DNA of 64,000 nucleotides, from assembly GCA_963723515.1 (NCBI GenBank), contig CAVRQT010000002.1, positions 1 to 64,000 on the forward strand, written 5' to 3'. The position numbers and the translations under genes are program-made. The notes under the pieces are model-generated. The model searched no databases, was not told where the DNA came from, and saw nothing but the letters and a program-made list of their open reading frames with translations. This stretch comes from Vulcanimicrobiota bacterium. Lineage in GTDB: Bacteria > Vulcanimicrobiota > Vulcanimicrobiia > Vulcanimicrobiales > Vulcanimicrobiaceae. Positions 28,842 to 38,567 of this stretch are shown here, piece by piece. The first letter of the stretch is position 1; each line of letters opens with the position of its first letter.

Positions 28842-29192
28842 ATGACGGTCGAGGCGATTATGACGGTGCCCTTTCTCGTTTGCGCAATAATAACCGCGAT
28901 CAGCGCGCTGATAAGCCTCGGCTTCTCGATCGCCGCCTGCCGTTCAGCGTCAGGTCAGGCGCGAACCGTGGCGCTCTATGCCTCGGCACGGAGCCTGGCG
29001 CTGGCCGTTGCGAGCATCGCCGCGTTCCCAATCGGCGCGCGGGCGTGGCTGGAAGCTGTGGCCTGCTGCATGATCATCGTCCAGGCGTGCGACGCCGGAA
29101 TCGGTGTAACGCTCAAGAATCGCGTTGAGACTTTCGGGCCTGCGGCAACGGCGCTTCTCAATCTCGCAGCACTCGGCTGGCTACTCTCTTGA
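28842..29192 (+). CDS. Small 4-TM membrane protein (DUF4267-like)
   Basis: Hydrophobic helices; YASARS, QACDAGIG. Confidence 0.6.
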   Translation: MTVEAIMTVPFLVCAIITAISALISLGFSIAACRSASGQARTVALYASARSLALAVASIAAFPIGARAWLEAVACCMIIVQACDAGIGVTLKNRVETFGPAATALLNLAALGWLLS

Positions 29193-29228
29193 TCCAAGCC
29201 GTTGCTATGATCGGCTGCTAAAAAGAGG

Positions 29229-29687
29229 CTAGGTGGAGAAGCTGCCCACAGCCACTGCGGAACATGTCCCGTCAGTCCGCGTCAAGAGTGCGGTGTAATT
29301 GTGACCTGCATTTAAGGTCGGAATGTTCGACCCGTAATAGAAGTCCGACGGGTATGGATGCGGCCCTTGCGGGAATGCTACCGCGTTCATGGTGGATCCG
29401 TTGATGAGGGCGCCGGCAGAGGTGTCGTTTAGGATGATCGCCCACACGGACGGGTTATCGTGTAGCGTGTTCGTGCTGCCGTTTGCCACGATGATGATTT
29501 GTCCGATCGTCGTCGAGACGCCGGTCGCGCCGCTGGGGTAAGGTTGCGCGATTGTAACGCTGGTTCCGGGGTTGCAGGGCTGTGTGCCGTTCCCAAGGAC
29601 GCCGCCATTGTAACCGTTCCCCGAACAAGCGGCCAAGACGGCGAACGCGGCTACGGATAAAGGCCGCGCGAACATGCGAATCGCCAT
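29229..29687 (-). CDS. Hypothetical lipoprotein (Ig-like)
   Basis: Lipobox LAAC; GGAGG SD. Confidence 0.7.
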   Translation of the reverse strand: MAIRMFARPLSVAAFAVLAACSGNGYNGGVLGNGTQPCNPGTSVTIAQPYPSGATGVSTTIGQIIIVANGSTNTLHDNPSVWAIILNDTSAGALINGSTMNAVAFPQGPHPYPSDFYYGSNIPTLNAGHNYTALLTRTDGTCSAVAVGSFST

Positions 29688-29792
29688 TACGATATGCCTC
29701 CGTGGTGCGAAGTATTTACGGGGATAACGTATTGCAGGCTGCTGAGCGTTTCCTTAGGATGCACTTTGGTGCGGGCGACCCCGAGAGGCAAG

Positions 29793-30587
29793 CTAGCCCA
29801 CGATGATTTGCAAGAAGTCATCCGCGACGCCGCATTCGCCCTTGAAGTGACGCCGCGCTTCCTCCGCGAGCGACTCGGGAGGGATGCCGCTCCCGTAATG
29901 CGTGAGCATTAGGGAGGCGGCGCCGCTTTTTGCAGCCATCCCCGCCGCTTCGCGCGCCGAGCAGTGCCCGCGGGGTTCGCCTTCGGATTCGCTCGCACCG
30001 AGCGTCGACTCGCACAGGAAGAGATTCGTGTCTTTCGCAAGGGCCACGAGCTGCTCGTTCGGCGCCGTGTCGGCCGAGTAAGTGAGCGACGTTCGGTTGA
30101 TCTGGGCGCGAATCGCAAACGCCTCGATGAAATGCACCCCTTTGGCGAACTTCAATTGAACGTCTTGGATCTCAAGCGGTCGCCGATCGTCATAGGCGTG
30201 AAGCGTAAAAACTTCATCCAAGAAGTCAACGCCGGCATCTTCGGATTCGAAAGCGCTGACCAGCCGGCGCAGCATTTTTTCTCCGGCCGGCGGCAAGTAG
30301 ACGTCGAGCTTTCCGTGGCGGCGCGATGAACCGTACTTCAACGCGTAACGCAGCGGAATCAAATCGAGAAAGTGGTCGGCATGCATGTGCGTGATCACGA
30401 CGGCGTCGAGCCGATTGTAATCCACGAGCTGCCGAAGATGCGCGAAAGCACCTGAGCCTAAATCGAGCACGATCGACGCACTCCGGCTCTGCACCAAATA
30501 GCAGCTGCAGGCACGGTTCGGTCGCGGGATCGAGCTGCTCGATCCCATGACGCTGAGCCGTAAGAGATGCTCGCTTAAGGTATCGAT
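29793..30587 (-). CDS. MBL-fold hydrolase, RNase Z/YhfI-like; start uncertain
   Basis: THMHADH, YSADT, CESTL, GHCS, LTHY. Confidence 0.85.
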   Translation of the reverse strand: MDTLSEHLLRLSVMGSSSSIPRPNRACSCYLVQSRSASIVLDLGSGAFAHLRQLVDYNRLDAVVITHMHADHFLDLIPLRYALKYGSSRRHGKLDVYLPPAGEKMLRRLVSAFESEDAGVDFLDEVFTLHAYDDRRPLEIQDVQLKFAKGVHFIEAFAIRAQINRTSLTYSADTAPNEQLVALAKDTNLFLCESTLGASESEGEPRGHCSAREAAGMAAKSGAASLMLTHYGSGIPPESLAEEARRHFKGECGVADDFLQIIVG

Positions 30588-31030
30588 GCGTACACCTCTT
30601 GCGCATGGCCGTTCACGGAGACTTTGGGCCACGTCTTGAGGATCTTGCCCTGGGAATCGAACAGAAATGTCGAGCGCTGAATGCCGCGGCTAAGCGAGCC
30701 CAAGTTGTTCTTCTCAACGATAACGCCGAAGGCGTCGCAGAGCTTGGAGTCAACGTCCGCGATCAGAGCAAACGGGATCTCGTAGCGGGCTTTGAACCGC
30801 TGATGCGATTGCACGGAGTCACGGCTCACGCCGACGAGTTGCACGCCTTTGCTCATGAACTGCCCGTAGGCGTCACGGAACTGTGACGCTTCATTCGTTC
30901 AACCCGGGGTGTCGTCTTTGGGATAGAACCACAACACGAGCGGTTTGCCGAGCCAATCGGATGTCGAGAGTTGGTGTCCTTGATCGTCGGTGACTTCGAG
31001 TTTCGGCAGTTTGTCGCCGGTGGCTAACAC
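30575..31030 (-). CDS. bcp: BCP/PrxQ peroxiredoxin, predicted selenoprotein (UGA at the peroxidatic position, 30901-30899)
   Basis: AAGGAG SD plus GTG; VLWFYPKDDTPG-UGA-TNEA continues in frame into GVSRDS..SH..F and RSTFLFD. Confidence 0.85.
30870..30889 (-). promoter_or_regulatory. Candidate bacterial SECIS hairpin
   Basis: GCGTCAC-AGTTCC-GTGACGC perfect 7-bp stem starting 9 nt after UGA; loop begins with AGU. Confidence 0.65.
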
Positions 31031-31049
31031 AATTGCGGTCTCCTTTCTC

Positions 31050-32771
31050 TTAAGTCGCGGCTAATTCTGAAGAGCGCTCACCGGCGGGCGCCGCTGGTTC
31101 GCTGCCTCTGAACTGTGAGAGCGGAACGATGAAGAGGAGCCGGTCATACGGCTTCATTTCAGAGAAGTCATGCAGCGGAATCAGTGAATCTTCGCGCCAG
31201 ACGTAGAGGGGGATGCAGAAATCCGCGGGCGGCGGAGCCGGGATCGCCCCCTGCAAACGCTCCCCGACATTGTACTCTTCATTATGAAATGCGATCCGCC
31301 CACGCGTTCCCGGAAAGCGTGATAAACCGGCGATCGCCGGCGCGGTAAGGTCAATCGCCGAAAACGACTTCGTAATGTGAAATTGCCGGCTCACGGAATG
31401 CGCGAACGCGGAGTCGCTGATTCGCAGCACGACGCTCAGCGGCGCCGAACCGGCGCGGGCGCCGAGACCGATCTCCAAATTCGCCGTATCGCTGCCTGTG
31501 AGCGCCACGAGACTGCTCGCATGCCGCAGATTGCAGAACCGCAACGTGCCGTCGCTGGCGGCGTCGCCGGTCAAGAGATCGAGCCGCCGGTCCCGTGCGC
31601 GTTCGATCAGCAGGTTGTCCGGGTTCTGCTCCACGACGACGACCTTGCGCTTCATCTTCAGCAAGAAGTCGATGACGCGCGTTCCGATGTTGCCGGCTCC
31701 GCAAACAACCACGTGATCGCGTGTCGAGAGATGGCGCAAGCCACGCAATGCGGTTACTTGCGCACGGTTGAGCGCCGCGGTAATTGCTGCGATGAATACT
31801 CCCGTGATCGCAATGCCCGTCAGCATGATGAACATCGCGACAAAGAAGCTGTGGGTCGGTCCGCGGTTGACCAGCGGCGTAATGTCGCCGTAACCGACCG
31901 TCGCCATCGTCGTCGTCACATAGTACAGCGCCTTGACGGGATCGAGGTGGAGCGACCACATGAAGTAGAGTACGGCGAGGACAAAGATCGCCAGTCCCGC
32001 CGCAAAAATACGCAAGAGGAGCGGTTCCATGCGACGTGCCGCGCGCACAGCAGTGCTCGTGAGAGAGCTAATGCGAACGCCGATTGCCTCCTCGATCGGT
32101 GGCGCGGCTTCGCGGGGCCGGCTTTCGCTCAGTTCGCTCATCGGTCCAAAGGCGACAACGCGTTCTTGCGGTTGAAGCATCTGGCTCATCTGAAAATTTG
32201 TCTGGCCGCCGACGGAAATGATGCGTGATTTCAAGCGTCTCTCGGCATCTTCAATCGTGAGATCCACAATGCGAAAATCCGCCGCGGCGCGTTCCGAGAA
32301 GCCGAGCAACGGTCCGTCAAAATCCGGAAACTGCAGCGCAAAGAAACACGCCGGATCGATCGATGCGCCGGCGTACGTCGCCGCTGCGTGGGCCGAAAGC
32401 GAAACGGCCGAACAGTCCGGGAGGTTCTGTTCGAGTTTTCGCGCCAGCGTACGGTTGAACTGACGCAGCACGACGCGGATCTTTGGATTGAGGTCGCGCG
32501 CTTTGAGTGCGACTTGCAGGTTCAAACGATCTTCTTCGGCCACCGGCATGATCGACGTCGCGTGCATGACGCCGACGGTCCGCAGCGATTCGTAATCATT
32601 CGGAGGCAAGCCGACGAAGGCGGCGCCGACGCTCTTTGCCCGCGCGGCTAACTCCTCGTCTGCGTTCCACAAAAGAACGACGTCATGCCCGCGTGTCGAA
32701 GTCAACTCTTCGCAAACCCGCAGGGCGAGTTCATCACCACCAACGACGATGATGAGAGGCAACTGCGCCAT
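31050..32771 (-). CDS. Potassium channel protein with TrkA-N (RCK) domains
   Basis: Selectivity filter TVGYGD; two NAD-binding RCK domains (VVGGDEL, CGAGNIG). Confidence 0.88.
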   Translation of the reverse strand: MAQLPLIIVVGGDELALRVCEELTSTRGHDVVLLWNADEELAARAKSVGAAFVGLPPNDYESLRTVGVMHATSIMPVAEEDRLNLQVALKARDLNPKIRVVLRQFNRTLARKLEQNLPDCSAVSLSAHAAATYAGASIDPACFFALQFPDFDGPLLGFSERAAADFRIVDLTIEDAERRLKSRIISVGGQTNFQMSQMLQPQERVVAFGPMSELSESRPREAAPPIEEAIGVRISSLTSTAVRAARRMEPLLLRIFAAGLAIFVLAVLYFMWSLHLDPVKALYYVTTTMATVGYGDITPLVNRGPTHSFFVAMFIMLTGIAITGVFIAAITAALNRAQVTALRGLRHLSTRDHVVVCGAGNIGTRVIDFLLKMKRKVVVVEQNPDNLLIERARDRRLDLLTGDAASDGTLRFCNLRHASSLVALTGSDTANLEIGLGARAGSAPLSVVLRISDSAFAHSVSRQFHITKSFSAIDLTAPAIAGLSRFPGTRGRIAFHNEEYNVGERLQGAIPAPPPADFCIPLYVWREDSLIPLHDFSEMKPYDRLLFIVPLSQFRGSEPAAPAGERSSELAAT

Positions 32772-32773
32772 AC

Positions 32774-33412
32774 ATGAAATCTTCGTCAGCAAAGCAAGCG
32801 ATCTTTCGTGAGCCGCATCCGCTCGCGCGCGAGCTGCTGGAACGCATCCAACGTGGATCGCGCGTGCTCGAAATCGGTCCCGGCAGCGGGCGAAACTTTG
32901 CCGCCTTGATCGCAAGAACCGACCTTACCGCAATCGAGTCCGATCAACGCCGAGCCATTGCGCTACGCGCGCAATTTCCGGATCATGCAGAACGCATTTT
33001 GAGCGGATCCTATGCGCAGATGCCGTGCTCGGATCGACGTTTTGACGCGGTATTAAGCAGCCATGCGTTTCTGCATGGAACGCCGGCGCGAATCGCTCGC
33101 AGTTTGGCTGAAGTCGCTCGCGTCACAAAAGAGCGCGGGTTATTCTATGCAACTTTCGGGTCACGGCGGGATCGGCGTTTCGGAGAAGGTCAGCAGATCG
33201 GGACAAACACGTTTGCTCCTACCGAGGGCGATGAAATCGGCGTCCCGCATTCATACTTCGCGACAGCCGAGCTGCGCTCGTTGTTACGGCATTTCACGGT
33301 CGAACGTCTAGAGGAAGTCGAAGTGGACACGATCGCCGGCACCTGGGCGCACACGCAAATGCCGCTGCAGGGTGCCGTGCACTGGTTTGTCGTCGCTCGA
33401 AACGAGCGTTAA
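32774..33412 (+). CDS. Class I SAM-dependent methyltransferase
   Basis: VLEIGPGSGRN, FDAVLS. Confidence 0.8.
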   Translation: MKSSSAKQAIFREPHPLARELLERIQRGSRVLEIGPGSGRNFAALIARTDLTAIESDQRRAIALRAQFPDHAERILSGSYAQMPCSDRRFDAVLSSHAFLHGTPARIARSLAEVARVTKERGLFYATFGSRRDRRFGEGQQIGTNTFAPTEGDEIGVPHSYFATAELRSLLRHFTVERLEEVEVDTIAGTWAHTQMPLQGAVHWFVVARNER

Positions 33413-33414
33413 CT

Positions 33415-34212
33415 TCAGTCGGATCTAGCCGGGTTCGTCGAAATCAGGTCTTGCATCGGGCTCGACGCGTTCGCGTAGAGCCGCTTCTCCATGCGACCAG
33501 CCAAGTACGCCGCACGACCCGCCAGAACCGCATGGCGCATCGCTTGCGCCATCAATACCGGATCCTTTGCCGCCGCAATGCCGGTGTTCATCAGCAGCGC
33601 ATCGACGCCTAGTTCCATTGCGATTGCCGCATCGGACGCTGTCCCGACGCCGGCATCAACGATGACGGGGACCTGCGTTTGCTCGCGGATGATTCGGATC
33701 GAATACGGATTGCAAATCCCAAGCCCACTTCCGATCGGCGCAGCCAGCGGCATGACGGCGGCGCACCCGATCGCTTCCAGCCGCTTGCAGAGCACCGGAT
33801 CGTCGCCCACGTAAGGCAGCACGGTAAAGCCGTCTTTGACTAAGGCGTCCGCTGCAGCGATCGTCTCCTGACCGTCCGGATGCAGCGTCTGCCGATCGCC
33901 GATCACCTCTACCTTGATCAAGTCGCTTTGCAGCGCTTCACGGGCAAGCTGCGCGGTTAAGATTGCATCCTTCGCCGTAAAGCAGCCAGCCGTATTGGGC
34001 AGGATCGTATAACGCGACCGATCGATGTGATCGAGCAGCGTCTTTCCGGATGGATCATCTAAATGAATGCGGCGAATCGCGACCGTCACCATCTCCGCGC
34101 CGCTGGCCGCGTGTGCCGCACGCATGACGTCCAACGACGAATACTTTCCGGTGCCGACGATCAGCCGCGATGTGAAATGATGAGCGCCGACGCTCCAGCC
34201 TCGGTCTTCCAT
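33415..34212 (-). CDS. thiG: Thiazole synthase
   Basis: [32 protein letters not shown]. Confidence 0.97.
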   Translation of the reverse strand: MEDRGWSVGAHHFTSRLIVGTGKYSSLDVMRAAHAASGAEMVTVAIRRIHLDDPSGKTLLDHIDRSRYTILPNTAGCFTAKDAILTAQLAREALQSDLIKVEVIGDRQTLHPDGQETIAAADALVKDGFTVLPYVGDDPVLCKRLEAIGCAAVMPLAAPIGSGLGICNPYSIRIIREQTQVPVIVDAGVGTASDAAIAMELGVDALLMNTGIAAAKDPVLMAQAMRHAVLAGRAAYLAGRMEKRLYANASSPMQDLISTNPARSD

Positions 34213-34412
34213 TATCCCCCTGCCACCGCGCGAATGATTTCGATGCGATCGCCCTCTTCAACGCGCGTGGCGTTATGGTCATCTCGGGTAACGACGCGCT
34301 CGTTGCGAGCAACTGCAGTACCCTTCTCCGGCACTTGCATCACTTCAAGCAGCCGTGCCACCGTCAGACCTTCGGCGACCTCGCGTTCTTCGCCATTGAC
34401 GATCAATCTCAC
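34212..34412 (-). CDS. thiS: Sulfur carrier protein ThiS
   Basis: VNGE start, C-terminal AVAGG. Confidence 0.92.
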   Translation of the reverse strand: MRLIVNGEEREVAEGLTVARLLEVMQVPEKGTAVARNERVVTRDDHNATRVEEGDRIEIIRAVAGG

Positions 34413-34428
34413 AACGAATAAAGTTCGG

Positions 34429-35565
34429 TTAAAGCGACGCGTGTTCCGGCTGCGCGCGTTGCAAAGCAAACAAGCGAAGTGCGTCGTTGCTCGTTCCGCT
34501 TACGGCATCTGCGATTAAGGTCGCAGTTGCCGGAGCGAGCAAGATGCCGTTGCGAAAATGCCCCGTCGCCAAGTAGTAGCGTTCTAACGGCGTCGGTCCG
34601 ATGAACGGCTTGCGATCCGCGCTTGCAGGTCGTAAGCCGGCCCACGTTTCCGTCAATGCGAAATCGTTTAGCGCCGGCACCGCGCTCAGCGCTGCATCGA
34701 GCAGCGCGCGAATCCCCGCCGCAGTCACGCGCACGTCGAAGCCGCACTCTTCAACAGTCGCACCGATCAAAAGACGGCCGTCATCCCGCGGAACGAGGTA
34801 TGCTCCTGGAACCCATACGGCGCGCCGAATCAACGCAGCCGGAACCGCAAGCGCGAGCATCTGACCTTTTATCGGAAAGACGGGCGGTACGCATTCTTTG
34901 GGCAAGCCCGCAACGCGCGCCGCCCAAGCGCCGGCCGCATTGATCACCGCGCCTGCGGCAAAGAATCCGTCGTCGGTGGCAACACCCAGCGCTTTGCGTT
35001 CATCGTGCCGAACTTCTACGTGCCGAACGGGCGCATGAATCGCGACGCCGAGCGCAAGACAGGCTGTCGAAAGCGCACGCCCCAGACGCCGATTGTCGAC
35101 GTGTCCTTCGTTTTCCATGAGAATCGCCCCGACGACGCGTTTGCCGAAAACGGGCTCGGATTCGATCGTTTCACGATGATCGAGCACGCGAACCGCATAT
35201 CCGCGCTGTTGCAACATCCGGCCACGCGTTCGAAGCGCTTCAAATTCCACATTCGAGAATGCGGCGTAGAGCAAACCGTTGAGTCGAAGGTGCGGATCGA
35301 TGCCGGACTTCGCTGCGACCTCCCGTGCGAACGTTGGATAGGCGCGCAGCGATGCTTCGCAAAGGTCGCGCACATCTTCATCGGTGATCGTCTCCGTTAG
35401 CGGGGCGAGCATGCCGGCGCCCGCCCACGAGGCGCCGTGCGCGGGTTCGGCGGTGTCGTAGACGCGCACCGTCGCGCCGCGGGACGCTAGTTCGAACGCG
35501 ATGGAAAGGCCGATAAGTCCGGCGCCGACAATTGCAACGTCAGGAGGTTCGGATAAGCGCTTCAT
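34429..35565 (-). CDS. thiO: Glycine oxidase ThiO
   Basis: GAGLIG, ASWAGAGML, WAGLRP, GHFRNGILLAP. Confidence 0.93.
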   Translation of the reverse strand: MKRLSEPPDVAIVGAGLIGLSIAFELASRGATVRVYDTAEPAHGASWAGAGMLAPLTETITDEDVRDLCEASLRAYPTFAREVAAKSGIDPHLRLNGLLYAAFSNVEFEALRTRGRMLQQRGYAVRVLDHRETIESEPVFGKRVVGAILMENEGHVDNRRLGRALSTACLALGVAIHAPVRHVEVRHDERKALGVATDDGFFAAGAVINAAGAWAARVAGLPKECVPPVFPIKGQMLALAVPAALIRRAVWVPGAYLVPRDDGRLLIGATVEECGFDVRVTAAGIRALLDAALSAVPALNDFALTETWAGLRPASADRKPFIGPTPLERYYLATGHFRNGILLAPATATLIADAVSGTSNDALRLFALQRAQPEHASL

Positions 35566-36088
35566 GGAGTCCGTGATTTCGATCGTTTCCGTTTTCATCG
35601 CGCTCGTAACGGTCACCTTATCGAGCATCTTGCTCAGCCGTCAGATCAAGCACATGGAGCGCGAACGGAATGCGCTGGCAATCCTCGCCGCGATCGACCG
35701 GCTCGCCGACGAAAAGATGGTGCGCGTGTTCACGCAGCTGCAAGGAGTAGAAAAGCGCTATCCAACCGACGACGATCTCGCGCGAAAATATTCAAACTCC
35801 GAAGATGAAGCCGACTTAACGGCGGTTGGACAATATGTCGAGACCGTGGCGACCCTTGCCCGGCGCGAAGTGATCGACGCCTCGCTCATCGTCGATGCCG
35901 TCGGCCTGATGATTCGCACGCGCTGGAAGATTATTCGTGACTTCGTGCGTCATCTGCGGCGCTTCTACGACAATGGCTACATGTTCGAGAATTTTGAGTG
36001 GCTCGCGAGATACAGCGAATGGTGGAAAGAAATTCCTCGCGAGCAGAATCCGAACTACGACCCGTCGCGCTGGCCTGACGTCGCATAA
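35564..36088 (+). CDS. DUF4760-like protein with an N-terminal TM helix
   Basis: TM segment then YVETVA...FENFEWLA. Confidence 0.6.
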   Translation: MESVISIVSVFIALVTVTLSSILLSRQIKHMERERNALAILAAIDRLADEKMVRVFTQLQGVEKRYPTDDDLARKYSNSEDEADLTAVGQYVETVATLARREVIDASLIVDAVGLMIRTRWKIIRDFVRHLRRFYDNGYMFENFEWLARYSEWWKEIPREQNPNYDPSRWPDVA

Positions 36089-36100
36089 GCGGTTAAGTTC

Positions 36101-37757
36101 CTAAAGACCCGTGTAAACCGGTCCTTCGCCGCCCTGCGGCGGCACCCACGTGATGATCTGATACGGGATCCATGATGTCGCACGTCTTACAGTGCACGCA
36201 GTTCGTGAAGTTGATCTGCAAGCGGCCCTCGATCGAACCGTCCGTCCGCTCGAAGAGCGGTTCATAGACTTTGGCCGGACAGAAATATTGGCACGGATTG
36301 CCATACTCAACCGTGCAGCGATCGCGACAGATGTTCGTGTCGCTGACATGCAGATGGCATGGCTGATCCTCTTCATGCATCGTGCCGCTGTTGTAGACGT
36401 CCGTCAACTTATCGAAGGTTAAGATGCCGTCGATCGGCGCGCGCGGCGCTTCCGGCGGCTTGTACCCGGCTTTCTTCATCCGTTGATATCCGGCTTCGCC
36501 ATGTAAACGATCGCGAACGCCGAAGCCACGGCCGCCGCTGACCATCCCGAGCGCGACGTTGAGCATGCCGGCAATCATGCCGCGTTCAAAACCTTGATGG
36601 AAATTGCGAGCGGCGCGCAATTCGTCGTAAGCCCAGGACCCGCGAAAATCATCTTCATACTGACGAAGCACCTCAGCGTCGCTGCGATCGTTTGCAATCG
36701 CATTGTACGCCGTTTGCGCGGCCAGCATGCCGCTCTTCATCGCCAGGTGAATCCCTTTGAGGCGCATGCCGTTCAGGAAGCCGGCGCTGTCGCCGATCAG
36801 CATCAAGCCGTCGGCGTAAAGACGCGGCATCGCATACAGCCCGCCTTCGGGAATCGCCTTCGCACCGTAACGCAGTAGCTTCGCACCTTCGAGCATTTCA
36901 CGAACCGCGGGATGCATCTTAAACCGCTGAAATTCGTTGTGCGGATCGGTCGTGGGATCGCGGTAGTCGAGCCCGGTGACGAAGCCGACGTCGAGCACGT
37001 CGTCCGCCATGCCGTAAATGAAGCCGCCGCCGAAGGTATCGGAGCGCAATGGAAAGCCAAGCGTATGGATGACGCTTCCGGCTTTGACCGTGCCGGGCGG
37101 ACACTGCCAGATCTCTTTCACGCCGGCCGCATACACTTGCGGCTCTTTCCCGGCGTCGAGATTCAGTTTCGCAGTCGCCTGCTTGGCGAGCGTTCCTCGC
37201 GGACCCTCACCTAAAACCGTAATCTTGGCGAAGAGATCAGCGCCTGGTTCGTAGTTCGATTTCGGCTGCCCATGGCGGTCGACTCCCTTGTCACCGGTTC
37301 GCACGCCGATGACGCGATCGCCATCCCACAACAACTCTTGACCGGGAAAGGCGGGAAAGACGTCGGCGCCCGAACTTTCCGCAACGTCGCCCATCCACTT
37401 CGCGACTCGCTGCAACGAGCAAACGTATTTGCCTGCATTGTTCATCATCGGTGGGACAATCGGGGCTGCGATCTTGCCGCGCGTCGTCAGAAACCACAAG
37501 GCGTCGCTCGTCACTTGCGATTCGATCGGCGCTTCGCGCGAACGCCAATCAGGCAGCAATTCATCGAGCGCACGCGGATCCAAAACGGCGCCCGAAATCC
37601 CATGGCTGCCGATGTCGGCACCTTTTTCGATCACCATCACGGAGATCTCGCGACCGTTTTCTTGTGCGAGCTGACGCAGGCGAATTGCGCCGGCCAGACT
37701 TGCTGGACCACCGCCGACGAAGAGAACGTCGACTTCAAGCCTATCCCGTTCCGGCAT
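36101..37757 (-). CDS. Electron transfer flavoprotein-ubiquinone oxidoreductase; frameshift near 36166
   Basis: GGGPA, SGA, YGAKAIPEGG, KGIHLAMKSG, FCPA, NCVHCKTCDI; the C-terminal YQIITWVPPQGGEGP is in another frame. Confidence 0.92.
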
Positions 37758-37762
37758 GCTGC

Positions 37763-38563
37763 CTAGTTCGTTGAGTTCGAGGACGCCACCTTAGCAAGCA
37801 CGCTCAGCGCACATTGCACCGCCGTTCGATGCATGCCGATGCGGTCGTCCCTGGGACGTGCGCCGGCACTTTCAAGCGTTAGAGCGAAGCGGGCTGCACG
37901 CCGGGCCATGTACGCAGTGAACGGCAGTCCGCGTTCCCTGAAATAATTGATCTCCGATTCAATGTCGACAGTGATGCGGCCGCGCTCTAATCGCGCATCC
38001 GGAACCAATCCATCTTCGTATCCAAGGTCGAATTGCGGCGTCAATGCTTGCAGCGGAAAGCCGGCTTGAGCGATTGCGTTAATGACTGAATCGCTCAAGG
38101 CGTGTTGATCTGGCTTCGTCGGTTCAAAACAGTAAAAGCCGCTCGCATCGAGATCTTCATGCACATCGACTGATGCAAGAAACCGGCGGTCGCGATTGGC
38201 CGTGATGATCGCCTTCGACTCCGGCGTCGAACCGGCGCCGGTGAAGCTGCGGTTGATGTCATCGCCGTCCGCATTGGCGCGTGTGTTGCTCCGATATCCC
38301 GTCGGATTGATGCACGGCCAGATCCGATACGACAGCAAGGGGTGCAATAATCCGCTCTCGACGATGTTCAGCAATGCCAATGGCGCAGCCGGTTCGTTGC
38401 CGTGCGTCCCTGCCGCAAGCATCACGCATGGGAGGCGGACGTCGCCAACTTCTGCCGCTAAGAGCGTGCGCGCGGAGCCGACGCAGGCGACTTCGCGCAC
38501 CGTGACATCGTGCGTGCGCCGAAGGCGCTTCCACGCCTGCTCGAGTTCTTCGTAATCCGACAG
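37763..38563 (-). CDS. M14-family metallocarboxypeptidase / succinylglutamate desuccinylase-like protein; start uncertain
   Basis: AGTHGNE, NPTG, DINRSF, DVHED, LES. Confidence 0.8.
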   Translation of the reverse strand: MSDYEELEQAWKRLRRTHDVTVREVACVGSARTLLAAEVGDVRLPCVMLAAGTHGNEPAAPLALLNIVESGLLHPLLSYRIWPCINPTGYRSNTRANADGDDINRSFTGAGSTPESKAIITANRDRRFLASVDVHEDLDASGFYCFEPTKPDQHALSDSVINAIAQAGFPLQALTPQFDLGYEDGLVPDARLERGRITVDIESEINYFRERGLPFTAYMARRAARFALTLESAGARPRDDRIGMHRTAVQCALSVLAKVASSNSTN

Positions 38564-38567
38564 GGTG

